From the NCBI GenBank assembly GCA_965112735.1, contig OZ218962.1, positions 2,914,001-2,978,000 of the forward strand: a stretch of 64,000 nucleotides of DNA. Direction: 5' to 3'. Below are positions 1-40,318 of the stretch, in pieces; the first letter of the stretch is position 1; each line of letters opens with the position of its first letter. This DNA is from Phaeosaccion multiseriatum. Its lineage: Eukaryota > Protista > Ochrophyta, other classes. The notes under the pieces are model-generated. The model did no database searches, had not been told where the DNA came from, and was given only the letters and a program-made list of their open reading frames with translations. A program made the position numbers and the translations under genes.

Positions 1-29235
<29,235 letters not shown>

Positions 29236-29438
29236 GTACCGTGTTGGTGCTTCGCCCGGCAAGTGTGAGAATTCGCGCTGAAAGCCGCTCGTAGTAGCGG
29301 TGCTAGCTTACTTAATATAACATTACTTATGATCCTTCTGGCCATCGGCAGGAGAGCCCCCCCTCTCTCCCCTCTCTCCTCCCTCTGCTACCCGCAGCAG
29401 CCCCCCCCCCCCTACCCTCTCTCCCCGCCCCCCATCCA

Positions 29439-32400
29439 CTACCATCCACTGCCATCCACTGGCACTCCCCTCCTCTGGAAGTGAGCCACGGTGAGAAGCG
29501 TATTACCGGCAGCCACGGCCGTGCTGCCCGACGACACTAAGCGCACCTCGGATGGCAACTGAAACACAGCGGGCAGGGCAAAAGCACAGTGCTGCTCCTG
29601 CTCCTGCTCCTGTATCACCAACTGCTGATGCTGTCCCTGTCGCTCTTCCCTTGACCCGCTCGCGCCACCAACACTCCTCCTCACCCCCTCCACCTCACTC
29701 GCCCCCTCCTCCCTCCCACCCTCCCCCAGCCCCCTCCCCCCCTCCCTCTCACCACCCCCGCTGACGCCCCCCCGGCAGCTGCGTCCCACCTCTCCGTAGC
29801 CTCTGCTCTGTCCATAGGCCGAGCCTCTCCGCTCGAAGAAGCTCAGCTTCCGGATCCCCTCGGGAAGGCTGATGCGCACCCCCTCGGGGAGATCCATATC
29901 CCCCCTTGCGCTCACCGTGCGCCCTTCTCGTGTGCCAGCCCCCCTGGGCCCACCCGCAACCCCCCTGGGCCCTTCCACAGCCCCCCTGGAGAGGAGCAGT
30001 CCGAACTTGGCCTCTTGCAGCGCTTTGCAACCCTCCAACGCCAAGGAGCGGCGGAAGGAGTGCCCGAAGGACACGACACGGAGGAACGGGAGGGAGGCGA
30101 GGGCCGTGGTGGAGAGGTCCTGGTCGTAGGAGTGGCCAAAGTGGGCCTCTTCTAGTAGAGGAGGGAGGTTGGTGGGTTGGTTGTATGCCCAACCTGTGGC
30201 GGTGGTGCGACACAGACGGGTCCGGCAGCAGGGTGTGCGGTGTGTGTGGTGGGCAAGGGGAGGGTGGTAAGGAGCGAAGTTAAGGGGAGTTAGTTGGTGA
30301 GTTGATGGCCGTTAATGGCAGTTAATGGCAGTGCAGGGGGATGGCAGTGAAGGGCACTTGAGGAGGGCATGACTATCTGCTGAAAGGCACTGAGTGGTCA
30401 TACGCCTGAGTACATGCAGTTGTCATTTGGAGCTGTCAGCTCGACAAAAGCACCACCGCTGTGGGACCTTCCTCCCTGCCCACCCTGTCCTCCCCGTGCG
30501 GCAGCCAAACCCATGCAAACAAAAGAACGCGCATCGCATCCCATCACCAAATAACCCCATCCAAACTCAAATTCAAACTCAACCTCAACCTCCTCTCGAC
30601 TTGCACGCACCAAACTTGACCTTCCTCAGTGAGGAGGGTAGCACGGTTGGTTGATTGTAGAGCCCTGTCAGCACGGCTTCTTCAAGGCCCTCAGGGAGGG
30701 TGATGCGCCTGTTAAAGTACTGTCCCAGGCTCAGCCGCAGCAGGGAGTTTGGGAGGCGAAGGTTGTGATTGAAGGCCCAGCTGAGCTCCAGGTCCTCAAG
30801 GGCAGGGGGCAGGGCAATAGGCTGATCGAAGGACCAGCCGCATTTGAGCTTACGGAGGGAGGGAGGAAGGATGATGTGTTGGTTGAACTTGCCCCCTGCC
30901 AGAAAGGGAGGGAGGGAGGGAGGGAGGGAGGGAGGCAGGGAGGGAGGGAGGGAAGGAGGGAGGGAGGGAGGGAGGGAGGCAGGGAGGGAGAGAGGGAAGG
31001 AGGGAGGGAGGGAAGGAGGGAGGGAGGGAGGCAGGGAGGGAGGGAGGGAGGGAAGGAGGGAGGGAGGGAAGGAGGGAGGGAGGGAGGCAGGGAGGGAGGG
31101 AGGGAGGGAAGGAGGGAGGGAGGGAGGGAGGCAGGGAGGGAGGGAGGGAAGGAGGGAGGGAGGCAGGGAGGAGGAGAGGGCGGTGCGACACCCTGATAGA
31201 GTCAGCGCCGATAGATCAAGAGGCGAGGGAAGGCGCATTTCGTCCTGCCCGCCCTCCCTCCCTCATCTGTCTTCCCACCCTGTTCCCTGTCCTCCTTCCC
31301 CATCCCATAGAGAGCTCAGACCAGTGACACAGTCAGGAAAAGCAAACAAGCCCCCCCCCCCCCCGTCCCATCCAGTGCCATCCTCTTTCCTCGCTTGGGG
31401 ACCATCTTACTCACTCACTCCCTCACTCACTCACTCACCGAAGGTAACCTCCTCCAAGGCCGGCGGGAGCTCCAATGTGGAATTGAAGCAGTGGCCACAC
31501 ACGAGCTTCCTCAGAGACGAAGGTAGCTGGATGGGCCCGTTGAAGAAGTGGCCGAGTTCCAGCTCCTCCAGCCCCTCGGGTAGATTCACAGGCTGGCGGA
31601 ACTCGCGGCCAAATCTCACCCTCTTTAGACTCCCCGCTACAGGCAGAATCAGCTGCTGATTAAACAGCCAACCGAATTCCACCTCTTCGACTGAGTCGGG
31701 CAGATGGAGAGGCTGGTTGAAGGCCATGCTCAGCTTCACCCTCCGGAGGGCCGGGGGCAGCTGCAGCGGTTGGTTGTACACCCCGCTCATATCAAGCTCC
31801 TCAAGGCCGGTGGGCAGTACCACACCTGCTTGATTAAAGTCGTACCCGAAGGAAAGCCTCTTGAGACGGAGCGAGGAGGAGGGAGGGAAGCGCACTGGGC
31901 GATTGAAGCAATGGCCGAACGAAACGCTCTCCAGCTCGCAAAGGCCTTGCAGCAGAGACGCCCGTCTTCCTTCGGAGCAGCGTGGATCTTCGGCCTCTAG
32001 CGGCGCGTCAAAGTAGTCCGAAAAGTGCAAGTGCTTCACTGACTTGGGCAGCGCCGCCAAGGCCCTTGTCACAAGCAATGCATCCTGCGCTCGGATGTGG
32101 TCAAGCGATCCTTGTCTGGCAGGGTCGTCCGCCTCACCACCACCTGCACCAGCACTACCTGTAGCCGTTGGTGATCCAGAATCAGACGACGCTGCTGTCT
32201 GGAGCGTTCGGCCCTTCATCTCAACGCTGGTGAAGCCGAGCCTCACATGTCGAATGGGAGCCAAACCCAAACCCCCAACGCGCGCCCCCTCCTCGTCTCC
32301 CTGAGCCTGCTGCGCACACATCGGCTCCGACGTTGGCACAGTGCACATCGGGGCCACCATGGGCATGTGACGTCCCTCTTCCAAGCTTGGGTCCTTCTGG

Positions 32401-32681
32401 CGGTACTCGCGCTCACGCTGTTGCTGCTCCCGCTGCTGCGCCCTGAGGCTGCAAATAATCCTCTCCCGCACCTCCGCCGGCATGAGAGCGTGCACGACCA
32501 CCCTTCGACAAGATACGGCCGACTCAATGTCGCGGCAAAGCCCCCACAGTTCCTTCCCGCCGGTGGGGAAGCCACGCTCCGCGAGAATGGCGAGCACCCT
32601 CCTCCCATTGCTGTCTCTCTGCTCCTTTGCCGTCGTTGAAGTTCTTGCCGCCGCGGGCCCTGCCGAGGCGCGCAAAGACAT
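29439..32681 (-). CDS. Intron-containing FNIP-repeat (LRR-like) protein (F0), ~760 aa, divergent relative of the cluster genes
   Basis: Exons 32681-31439, 30895-30611, 30193-29439 (GT-AG, both introns phase 1, 761 codons). Repeats FNQPLHLPDSVEEVEFGWL, FNGPIQLPSSLRKLVCGHC, YNQPTNLPPLLEEAHFGHS. N-terminal KELWGLCRDIE...VHALMPAEVRERII matches KALWGVCKEVD...NDAMPEDVQKRML of the cluster genes. Confidence 0.85.
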
Positions 32682-33319
32682 GCCGCAGCGACACCTCCGA
32701 TTGTCGTAGGTACCCCGTCGCTCAGTCTTGGCACTACCAAGAGAGCTATAAGCAGGGCACGGGTTTAGCGATATCCTTTCATGGGGCAGCAAAAATTCTC
32801 TCAGGTCCCCCGAGGATGTGTAAGATATTGTGGTATTCCACAACAGGATTCCCTCTACTTCTCCTGCAGCGCCTTCAGACTCTTTCTCTCACAACGATGG
32901 TTCGATCACGCCCAAGGCAGCCCGGAACTTCAGCTTGTGTTAAAGCACAGGATCCCTCGACGGAAATTGAGGACAAATGGAAGACAAAGGGAAGTAATAA
33001 GTTAGTAAATAGTGAATGTGAAACTGGAACGGAAGCATATGGAAGGGATTGTCTAAGCCCCCGCCTGGACTGGATGCCAACAACAAAGTGCCAACAAACT
33101 GAGAAAAGACAGCAGAGACAGAGGCCAGCACCTCAGCCTGGACACTTGTGTGAGAGAGGTAGCGGCACCTTATGGCTGCAGTAGACTGTCTCCTGAAGGC
33201 GGACTTGGATCAGCTGCTGGCAAGTGAGTGTTGTTAATGAAGAAAAAAAAAAGAAGAAAAAAAAAAGGAAGGAGGAAGTGGGCCGAGGGGATGGGAAGCC
33301 CGCTTGCACAGAGCTCAAA

Positions 33320-35461
33320 ATGGCAACGCAGCCAAAAGATACTTGGTTTGGTTTCTCTTTCGCTTACTGTCCCGCTCCAATGTGCCCTCCTCCACGATCC
33401 TTCAGAATATCAAGACGAGGCCTTTCCGGTCGACATTTTGCATGCCGTGGAGAAGCAGGCGCGACTGCGAGCTTGCTATGAGCGCGTCAAAGGTGAGCCT
33501 ATACGGCAATATGATACAGAGGTCTGGACCCTCCATGCCTTGCCCCTGAGTGACCTGAGTAGCCTTGAGTAGCCTGAGGAGGTATCCTACAAATTCAATG
33601 CGCGGCTGTGGGCGTTTGCTGCCGAGGGCCTGGAGACAAAGAGGGACGTGTGCAGACTGGAAGAATGTCCGTGTACCGGACATGAGAGCAGAAGTAAAGT
33701 AGGGGAACGCCTGCACTTGGCGCTTACTCCACACACACACACATGTGTAGCCGTTCTTGCTCTGTGCAGCACACACTAAACTGAACCCCTCTCTCTGTCC
33801 GGCGTGCCACTGCGTGCAGCCTCCTTCCAGGTCGAGTCTCTGAAGGACGAGGATGGCAATCTGCAGGCAGACGCGGCGCGCTTCCTCAGCCTCTGCTCCG
33901 TGTCAGAGTACGACAAGGTGAGACCGAACCACATCAACACACTCACACACACACAATTTCTCTCCCATCTCTTCCTCTCGCTCTCCTGACTCTCTAGCTC
34001 TCTCACACACAACCATGCCCATGCGCACATACACGCGCACACACATCATGCATGCTCTCCTCATCGGGTTGCCGAGGAGACCCTTATCTTATGCGTAGAT
34101 GAGTGCTCTCTGCTGAGGGCAAAGGTCAAAAGGGTGACAGTCGAGGGCAGGGAGAGCGAAAAATGCTTGGAAGACGTGACATCCCTTCCTTCCTTCCTTT
34201 CTCCCTTCCTTCCTTCCTTCCTTCCTTCCTTCCTTCCTTCCTTCCTTCCTTCACTCCTTCCTTCCTTCCTTCCTTCCTTCCTCCCTCCCTCCCTCCCTCC
34301 CTACCTCTCTTTCTTCCTTCCTTCCTTCCCTCCTCCGTTCCTCCCTCCCTCTTCTCCGGCGTTTGTCCATACTCCCTCCCTCTCTTCCTTCCTCCCTTCC
34401 TTCCCTCCTTTGCCGAGCCTGCGTCCTTACCCCCCCACCACCCCCCTAAATCCTCTTGTGTTTACCTTCTTCGTTCGTTTCGTGTACGGTGACTTTCTCT
34501 GTGCCAGGTGCAATCGCGCGACTTCTGCTCCATCGAGGCTGTTGTGCAGGTGTCGCTGGAGCCTCGAGCAGAGACAGGAGCAGGAGGGGCAGGAGTCGAG
34601 GCTGCGACCGCGGCGAAGCAAGGCAGAGGGAAGAAGAGGAAGCTGGCGGTGCTTGGAAGAGAAGGAGCGGGAGAGGCCCGGACGCTCCGGCTTTACTTCT
34701 CCTTTTCGAGGAAGCAAGTAACCCTTGACGTAACCAGGGGGGGCAGCACCGACGATCAGGAGGAGGAGGAGGAGGAGGGAGAGGAGGGGGAGGAGGAGGG
34801 GGAGGAGGAGGAGGGGGGGGGGGAGGAGGAGGAGGGGGGGGGGGAGGAGGAGCCGGATACTCGGTCTGGGAATGGCCTTCGTAGCGAAGACAGCAAATGC
34901 ATAAAAACATGCTGTGGCGGCTCGGGAAGCGTCTCCGTCTCCGGCACTCCTTTCCGTGCGAACACCCTGCTCACGTACCGCATCAGCTTCTCGGAGGGAG
35001 CGGGGCGTAAGGCGCCCCTCATGGAGGGGCACATATTCGCCGCTGACGAGGTACCTGCGCCGGATGGAGTAGTGCCTGTGGAGCAGGAAGTGGGGGCTGC
35101 TGTATCACCAACTGGTGTGGATGGTGTGGGTACAGAGGGCCCAGCCGAAGTGGACCTGGTGGAGCGTCAGTATGACACCGAAGCGCTGAACCGTCTGCTC
35201 AAGGACATCGGCACGGAGGAAGAGGAGCAGGAGGAGGAGGAGGAGGAGGAGGAGGAGAGAGGGGAGGGTAGAGAGGCGAACCTAGTCATGTGGCTGCTGG
35301 CCTTCCCCTTCACGGAGGAGGAGTGGGACATCGGGGGGCTTCTATTTGATGGGCTGTTTGGCGACGAGGAGGAGGAGGGGGAGGAGGAAGAGGGGGAGGG
35401 GGCTGGGTCTGGCTCGGCCTCTTCTGTAGAGGGGGGGGAGGAGGATGGCAGTGAGCAATGA
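33320..35461 (+). CDS. Hypothetical protein (~390 aa) with acidic tracts, 4 exons
   Basis: Proposed exons 33320-33350 (weak donor, uncertain), 33406-33492, 33820-33917, 34508-35461; phases consistent; C-terminal LVMWLLAFPFTEEEWDIGGLLFDGLFG looks globular. Confidence 0.65.
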
Positions 35462-35685
35462 AATGGGGGGGTAAAAACAAAACTAAAACTGAAACGAACT
35501 TTACTTTTGCCGCGCACCGAGACAACACACTTTTCCCCTCTCTTCCACAGTGAGGCCCGCAGGCTCATAGTCGTATGCACAGCAACCTCTTATGAAGCCC
35601 AGGCCGAGGAGCGTCTCATCAGAAGTGAAGAACAAGAAGAGAGAGGAGAGACAGAGAGAGAGAGAAAGGACCGCAGAGGAGGGGG

Positions 35686-36804
35686 ATGTTTATGGCACAT
35701 GCTCCCTCCATGCTGCCCACTCCGGCACCGCCACCCGTGGTGCAAGTGAAGGTCATTCGAGTCCTCGTCGTGATCGTCCCTGGTTGCGGCCCCGGCGCTC
35801 CACCATCAAGGAGGGCAGTGGCGGGTGTGGGAGAGGCACTCGAGCTTTGTGGAGCACGCATGGCGCCCGCTTCTACCCCCCTTGTGTTCGACGTGCGCCG
35901 GGGAGGGGGGAGCCCGGGTGATGGGCTAGGCACCACACTCAGGGCTCAGTACGATGTCGTGTTCATCGATACCACTGGCACCATCACTGGCACCATCACT
36001 GGCAGAAGGGGAGATGCAACTATTAGTAGCGCTGGACATGAGCAGGAGCAGAGGGGGAAGGCTGGTGGACCTTTCTCCTTCTCCTCCTCCTCCTCCTCGT
36101 CGTCGTCGTCGTCGTCGTCTGTCTGCAGGTGTTCAGAGCCTCAGCACACGAGTCCGTACTTTGTGGGCAAGGAGATGGCGCGGTTTCTGCGGCATAACGG
36201 AGACGACCAGGCCCACATCTACCTGCTAGTTCCCCCCCCCCCTCCTTTTGCTGCTGCTGCTGCTGCTGCTGCTCCCGATACCCAACACGAGCAAGACGCT
36301 GAGCTACGGAGCTGCGGGGTGAACGGGGTGGTGGTACAACGAGGCGACCATCTCGTCCCGGAGACCCTCGTGAAGCTGACCATGAGGATCCTCATGCTCT
36401 CCACTACGGGCGTGTCCGGGGGTCGGGGAAGGGTTGGAGGTGGTGCCAGAGGTGGTGACGCTCGAGAATCAGAGTGGGCAGGAGGAGGAGTGGGGGGAGG
36501 AGAGGAGGCGTATGCCACCAGGAGCGGCGTCTCTTCCCCGCCCCCGTCCTCGTCCTCCCCCCCGCTACTACCGCTGGAGTACTCCGTCCAGGGTCGCAGC
36601 ACCAGCAGCAGCATGGATGTCTTCGACTCGAGATCTGACACACTTGACGGGGAGGCCCGGCCTCCACTCGCGAAAGCATGTAGGGCTCCGAGCTCGTGCT
36701 ACAGCTCCCAGTCTATAGACCACCTCCTTCATCAGCCACACGAGGGGGGAGGCGGTGGGGAGGAAGAGGTAGGGCGGGGGGGACCATGGGAGGCCTGGGT
36801 GTGA
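35686..36804 (+). CDS. Hypothetical protein with an atypical response-regulator receiver (REC)-like domain, copy 1
   Basis: Intronless 372-aa ORF; motif order RVLVV / YDVVFID / GKEMARFLR..HIYLL / AELRSCGVNGVVVQR / PETLVKLTMRIL fits the CheY-like topology; a near-identical copy lies at 40319-41461. Confidence 0.6.
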   Translation: MFMAHAPSMLPTPAPPPVVQVKVIRVLVVIVPGCGPGAPPSRRAVAGVGEALELCGARMAPASTPLVFDVRRGGGSPGDGLGTTLRAQYDVVFIDTTGTITGTITGRRGDATISSAGHEQEQRGKAGGPFSFSSSSSSSSSSSSSVCRCSEPQHTSPYFVGKEMARFLRHNGDDQAHIYLLVPPPPPFAAAAAAAAPDTQHEQDAELRSCGVNGVVVQRGDHLVPETLVKLTMRILMLSTTGVSGGRGRVGGGARGGDARESEWAGGGVGGGEEAYATRSGVSSPPPSSSSPPLLPLEYSVQGRSTSSSMDVFDSRSDTLDGEARPPLAKACRAPSSCYSSQSIDHLLHQPHEGGGGGEEEVGRGGPWEAWV

Positions 36805-37520
36805 TGGTCCCGTGTGGGGAGGAGTGGTGGAAGGCACTTAATGGAGAGGAGGGAGGGGCGCGTCTGTGGAAGGAGGTGGCACGGACTCGCCCGCCCCTGT
36901 CTATGTCTGCAAGGTGTACCTGGAGAGGAGAGAGAGAGAGAGGGAGGAGAGGGAGAGACAAAAGAGGGAGGGAGAGAAGCCTATACATAGTTTTGTTACA
37001 GAGAGAGGGATCGGAAAGGGAGAGGACGACACAGAAAGTGTGGTAAAGAGATAAAACGCGCGGGGTGGCACAGGAGCGCGAGCACGAGCACGAGAGAAAG
37101 AAGGAGGAGAGGCTCAGCTGCGCTTCGTCCTCTTCGAAAACAAACGTAACTGTGATTACGAAAACAAACATAACGATGTATGTATACACTGAAGAGGGCC
37201 CAGGAGCTCCTGCTCTTCCCACTGCACAACCGACCCAGCCGCTCTTCCTCTGCCGTTTCCCATTCTCGCCATCATAGTTTTCATATATTTTATGCTCGTA
37301 TAAATATAGCTTCCCGCTCCTCCCTCGTTGCTCCTCTCTGCACTGCCTGCTGCTGCTGCTGCTGCTGTGGGCCGGACAGGTGACAAGTGACTCCCTTGTT
37401 GGCTACGCTGCTCGCTCCCCCTCGGTTGCTGCACCTCCTGCTGAGACCTCCTCCCTCTTGAGGCAGGGCCTACGAGAGCTGTGCTGTGCTGTGCGTTGTC
37501 GTCCTGTCCCATCGCCCTCC

Positions 37521-39803
37521 TTACCAGCGAATCACCTCAAGCCCCTCGGGTAGATCTGCAGGCAGCTGGTATTCCTCCCCAACCGTAAGAATCCTGAGGC
37601 TAGCAGGCAGGCTCTCCAGAGGGCAGGTGTACTCCGGTCTCAGTCTGAGCCCCCGGAGAGAAGCAGGCAGCTTCAGAGGGTGGTTAAAGTCACGCCCCAT
37701 CTCCACCTCCTCCACACCGCAAGGAAGGACCAGCTGCTGATTGAAAAAAAGGCCAAATGTGATCTTCTTGAGCGAGGCAGGCAGCTCCAGAGGGAGGTTA
37801 AAGTATTGCCCCATCACTGCCTCCTCCACACCGCAAGGAAGGTCCACGTGCTGATTGAAGAGAATGCCAAATCTGATCTTCTTGAGCGAGGTAGGCAGCT
37901 CCAGAGGGAGGTTAAAGCACTTCCCCATTTCCACCTCCTCCACACCGCAAGGAAGGTCCAATTGCTGATTGAAGCTCGAGATCAAATGAAATGTGATCTT
38001 CTTGAGCGAGGCAGGCAGCTCCAGAGGGAGGTTAAACCCCTTCCCCATGTTCACCTCCTCCACACCACAAGGAAGGTCCAAGTGCTGATTGAACGTTTCT
38101 CCAAATGTGATCTTCTTGAGCGAGGCAGGCAGCTCCAGAGGGAGGTTAAAGCACTTCCCCATTTCCACCTCCTCCACACCACAAGGAAGGTCCAAGTGCT
38201 GATTGAACTCATATCCAAATTCAATTTTCTTGAGCGAGGCCGGCAGCTCCAGTGGGAGGTTAAACGCATACCCCATGTCCACCTCCTCCACACCGCAAGG
38301 AAGGTCCAAGTGCTGATGGAACTCCTCTCCAAACTTGATCTTCTTCAACGAGGCAGGCAGCTCCAGAGGAAGGTTAAACGCCTCCCCCATCACCACCTCC
38401 TCCACACCACAAGGAAGGTCCAAGTGCTGATGGAACTCCTCTCCAAACTTGATCTTCTTCAACGAGGCAGGCAGCTCCAGAGGAAGGTTAAAGTACTCCC
38501 CCATGTTCACCTCCTCCACACCACAAGGAAGGTCCAAGTGATGATTGAACTCAGAGTTCCAGTCAAAAGTGATCTTCTTCAACGAGGCAGGCAGCTCCAG
38601 GGGGAGGTTAAACGCATCCCCCATCACCACCTCCTCCACACCACAAGGAAGGTCCAAGTGCTGATTGAGGTGCTGGCCAAATGTGATCTTCTTGAGCGAG
38701 GCAGGCAGCTCCAGAGGGAGGTTAAAGCACTTCCCCATTTCCAACTCCTCCACACCACAGGGAAGGTCCAAGTGCTGATTGAACTCAGAGTTCCAGTCAA
38801 AAGTGATCTTCTTGAGCGAGGCAGGCAGCTCCAGGGGGAGGTTAAACGCACACCCCATCACCACCTCCTCCACACCACAAGGAAGGTCCACGTGCCGGTT
38901 GAACAAAGAGGTCCAGCCAAAAGCGATCTTCTTCAAAAAGGCAGGCAGCTCCAGAGGGAGGTTAAAGTGCTGCCCCATCACCACCTCCTCCACACCGCAA
39001 GGAAGGATCAGGGGCTGATTGAACTTCGAGCTCCCATCAAATATGATCCTCTTCACTGAAGCAGGCAGGTCCAGAGGGAGGTTAAAGTGCAGCCCCATCT
39101 CCACCTCCTCTACACCGCAAGGAAAGACCACGTGCTGATTGAAGTAACAGCCAAAAGTGATCTTCTTCAGCGAGGCAGGCAGGTCCAGGGGGGAGTCAAA
39201 CTGCAACCCCATCTCCACCTCCTCGACTGTGCTTGGTACCGACACGGCTTGATTGAAACTGTCGGAGAAAATAAGGCGCTTCACCGATGCTGGCAGCAGC
39301 GCCAATGCTTGTTTAGCGAGAGCCTTGTCCTCAGCGGTGTTAGGAGTCGTACTTTCGCTGGTGCCGGCCATGATGTAATCGTGGACGCTGCCGCTAGGGC
39401 CGAGCTTCACAGCCACGACGCGAAAGAAACCACTGCCCGCCTCGACTGTCTGCTCTTCGTCTTCCTCTTCTTGCCTCTCCTGGATCCTTCCCGACTTCCC
39501 CACCTCTTCAGCGCCACCCGCAGGCTCCACGGAGGGTGAAAACGCAACCTTCCTCGCGTCCCCTTCCTTCTGGTGCTTCAGCAAGCTTAGCATACGCAGC
39601 TGCACAGTCTTGGGCATGGCGGTGCTGATCACCAGAGTGCGGGAGGTGACCTCATCCACATCCTTACACACTCCCCACAGAGCTTTGTTCGAGATGAGGC
39701 AGGCCACACTTCTCAGAGCCGCTGGCCCCGCGCTGCTCCAAGGTACTAACCTAGTTACGCCCTTGGATACTTCTTCCCCCCCGCCTTTCGCAGCTCGCTC
39801 CAT
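37521..39803 (-). CDS. FNIP-repeat protein F1 (760 aa): 13 A/B repeat pairs plus terminal A unit and C-cap, F-box-like N-terminus
   Basis: Intronless ORF; scaffold VEEVxMGxxFNLPLELPASLKKIxF(Gxx or xxxSx)FNQHLDLPCG. Confidence 0.92.
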   Translation of the reverse strand: MERAAKGGGEEVSKGVTRLVPWSSAGPAALRSVACLISNKALWGVCKDVDEVTSRTLVISTAMPKTVQLRMLSLLKHQKEGDARKVAFSPSVEPAGGAEEVGKSGRIQERQEEEDEEQTVEAGSGFFRVVAVKLGPSGSVHDYIMAGTSESTTPNTAEDKALAKQALALLPASVKRLIFSDSFNQAVSVPSTVEEVEMGLQFDSPLDLPASLKKITFGCYFNQHVVFPCGVEEVEMGLHFNLPLDLPASVKRIIFDGSSKFNQPLILPCGVEEVVMGQHFNLPLELPAFLKKIAFGWTSLFNRHVDLPCGVEEVVMGCAFNLPLELPASLKKITFDWNSEFNQHLDLPCGVEELEMGKCFNLPLELPASLKKITFGQHLNQHLDLPCGVEEVVMGDAFNLPLELPASLKKITFDWNSEFNHHLDLPCGVEEVNMGEYFNLPLELPASLKKIKFGEEFHQHLDLPCGVEEVVMGEAFNLPLELPASLKKIKFGEEFHQHLDLPCGVEEVDMGYAFNLPLELPASLKKIEFGYEFNQHLDLPCGVEEVEMGKCFNLPLELPASLKKITFGETFNQHLDLPCGVEEVNMGKGFNLPLELPASLKKITFHLISSFNQQLDLPCGVEEVEMGKCFNLPLELPTSLKKIRFGILFNQHVDLPCGVEEAVMGQYFNLPLELPASLKKITFGLFFNQQLVLPCGVEEVEMGRDFNHPLKLPASLRGLRLRPEYTCPLESLPASLRILTVGEEYQLPADLPEGLEVIRW

Positions 39804-39959
39804 TCCGGTCTGGCTCGTTTCGGTGTGAATTTTAGGAGATAGTTGATAGATGGAAGGTCACGCGATCGTCACCCAAACAAAGATCTGTGAGTGCGGCGAC
39901 GATGTCGTGGGTGTTGGTGCTCCGCCTTCCCGGCATATCATATGGAAGAAGCAACAAAA

Positions 39960-40300
39960 GACCAACCTCCCGCTCTCCGATGATCAACGACGCCATGCCC
40001 AAGGCTGTGCAGAAGCAGATGCTTGGTATGCTTAGGCAGCAAGGACAAGGAGGAGAGAAAGACTGCCTCCTGCTGCTCAAATGACAAGACTGAGGGAAGA
40101 GGCAAGGGGAGGAGGGTCCAGTGGTCGGGGGGGAAGAAGGCGAAGGGGCAACAGAAGAAGGAAGAGGAGGCGAGAAGGAGTTCTTCGTCCTCAATTGCTA
40201 CCACAACGGACGGAAGCGGTGCCGGTGGGAGCGGGGCGAAGAAGACGAAGAGGCAGTGGGGCCATTCTGATGATGCGACGACCGAGGGAGGCAGTGCGGG
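39960..40300 (+). pseudogene. 5' fragment of a plus-type FNIP gene (deleted and frameshifted N-terminus, no repeats), cut by the duplication junction
   Basis: TSR..INDAMPKAVQKQMLGMLRQQ, then a frameshift to DKEERKTASCCSNDKTEGRG...GGKKAKGQQKKEEE, homologous to the N-termini of F3/F5/F7. Confidence 0.8.
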
Positions 40301-40318
40301 CGAGGCAGGGGGAGAGGC

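Noticed and set aside
37680-39059. Long antisense ORFs over FNIP genes (also 48492-49001, 52849-53463, 55548-56027)
   Set aside because: Shadow frames of the repetitive sense ORF.
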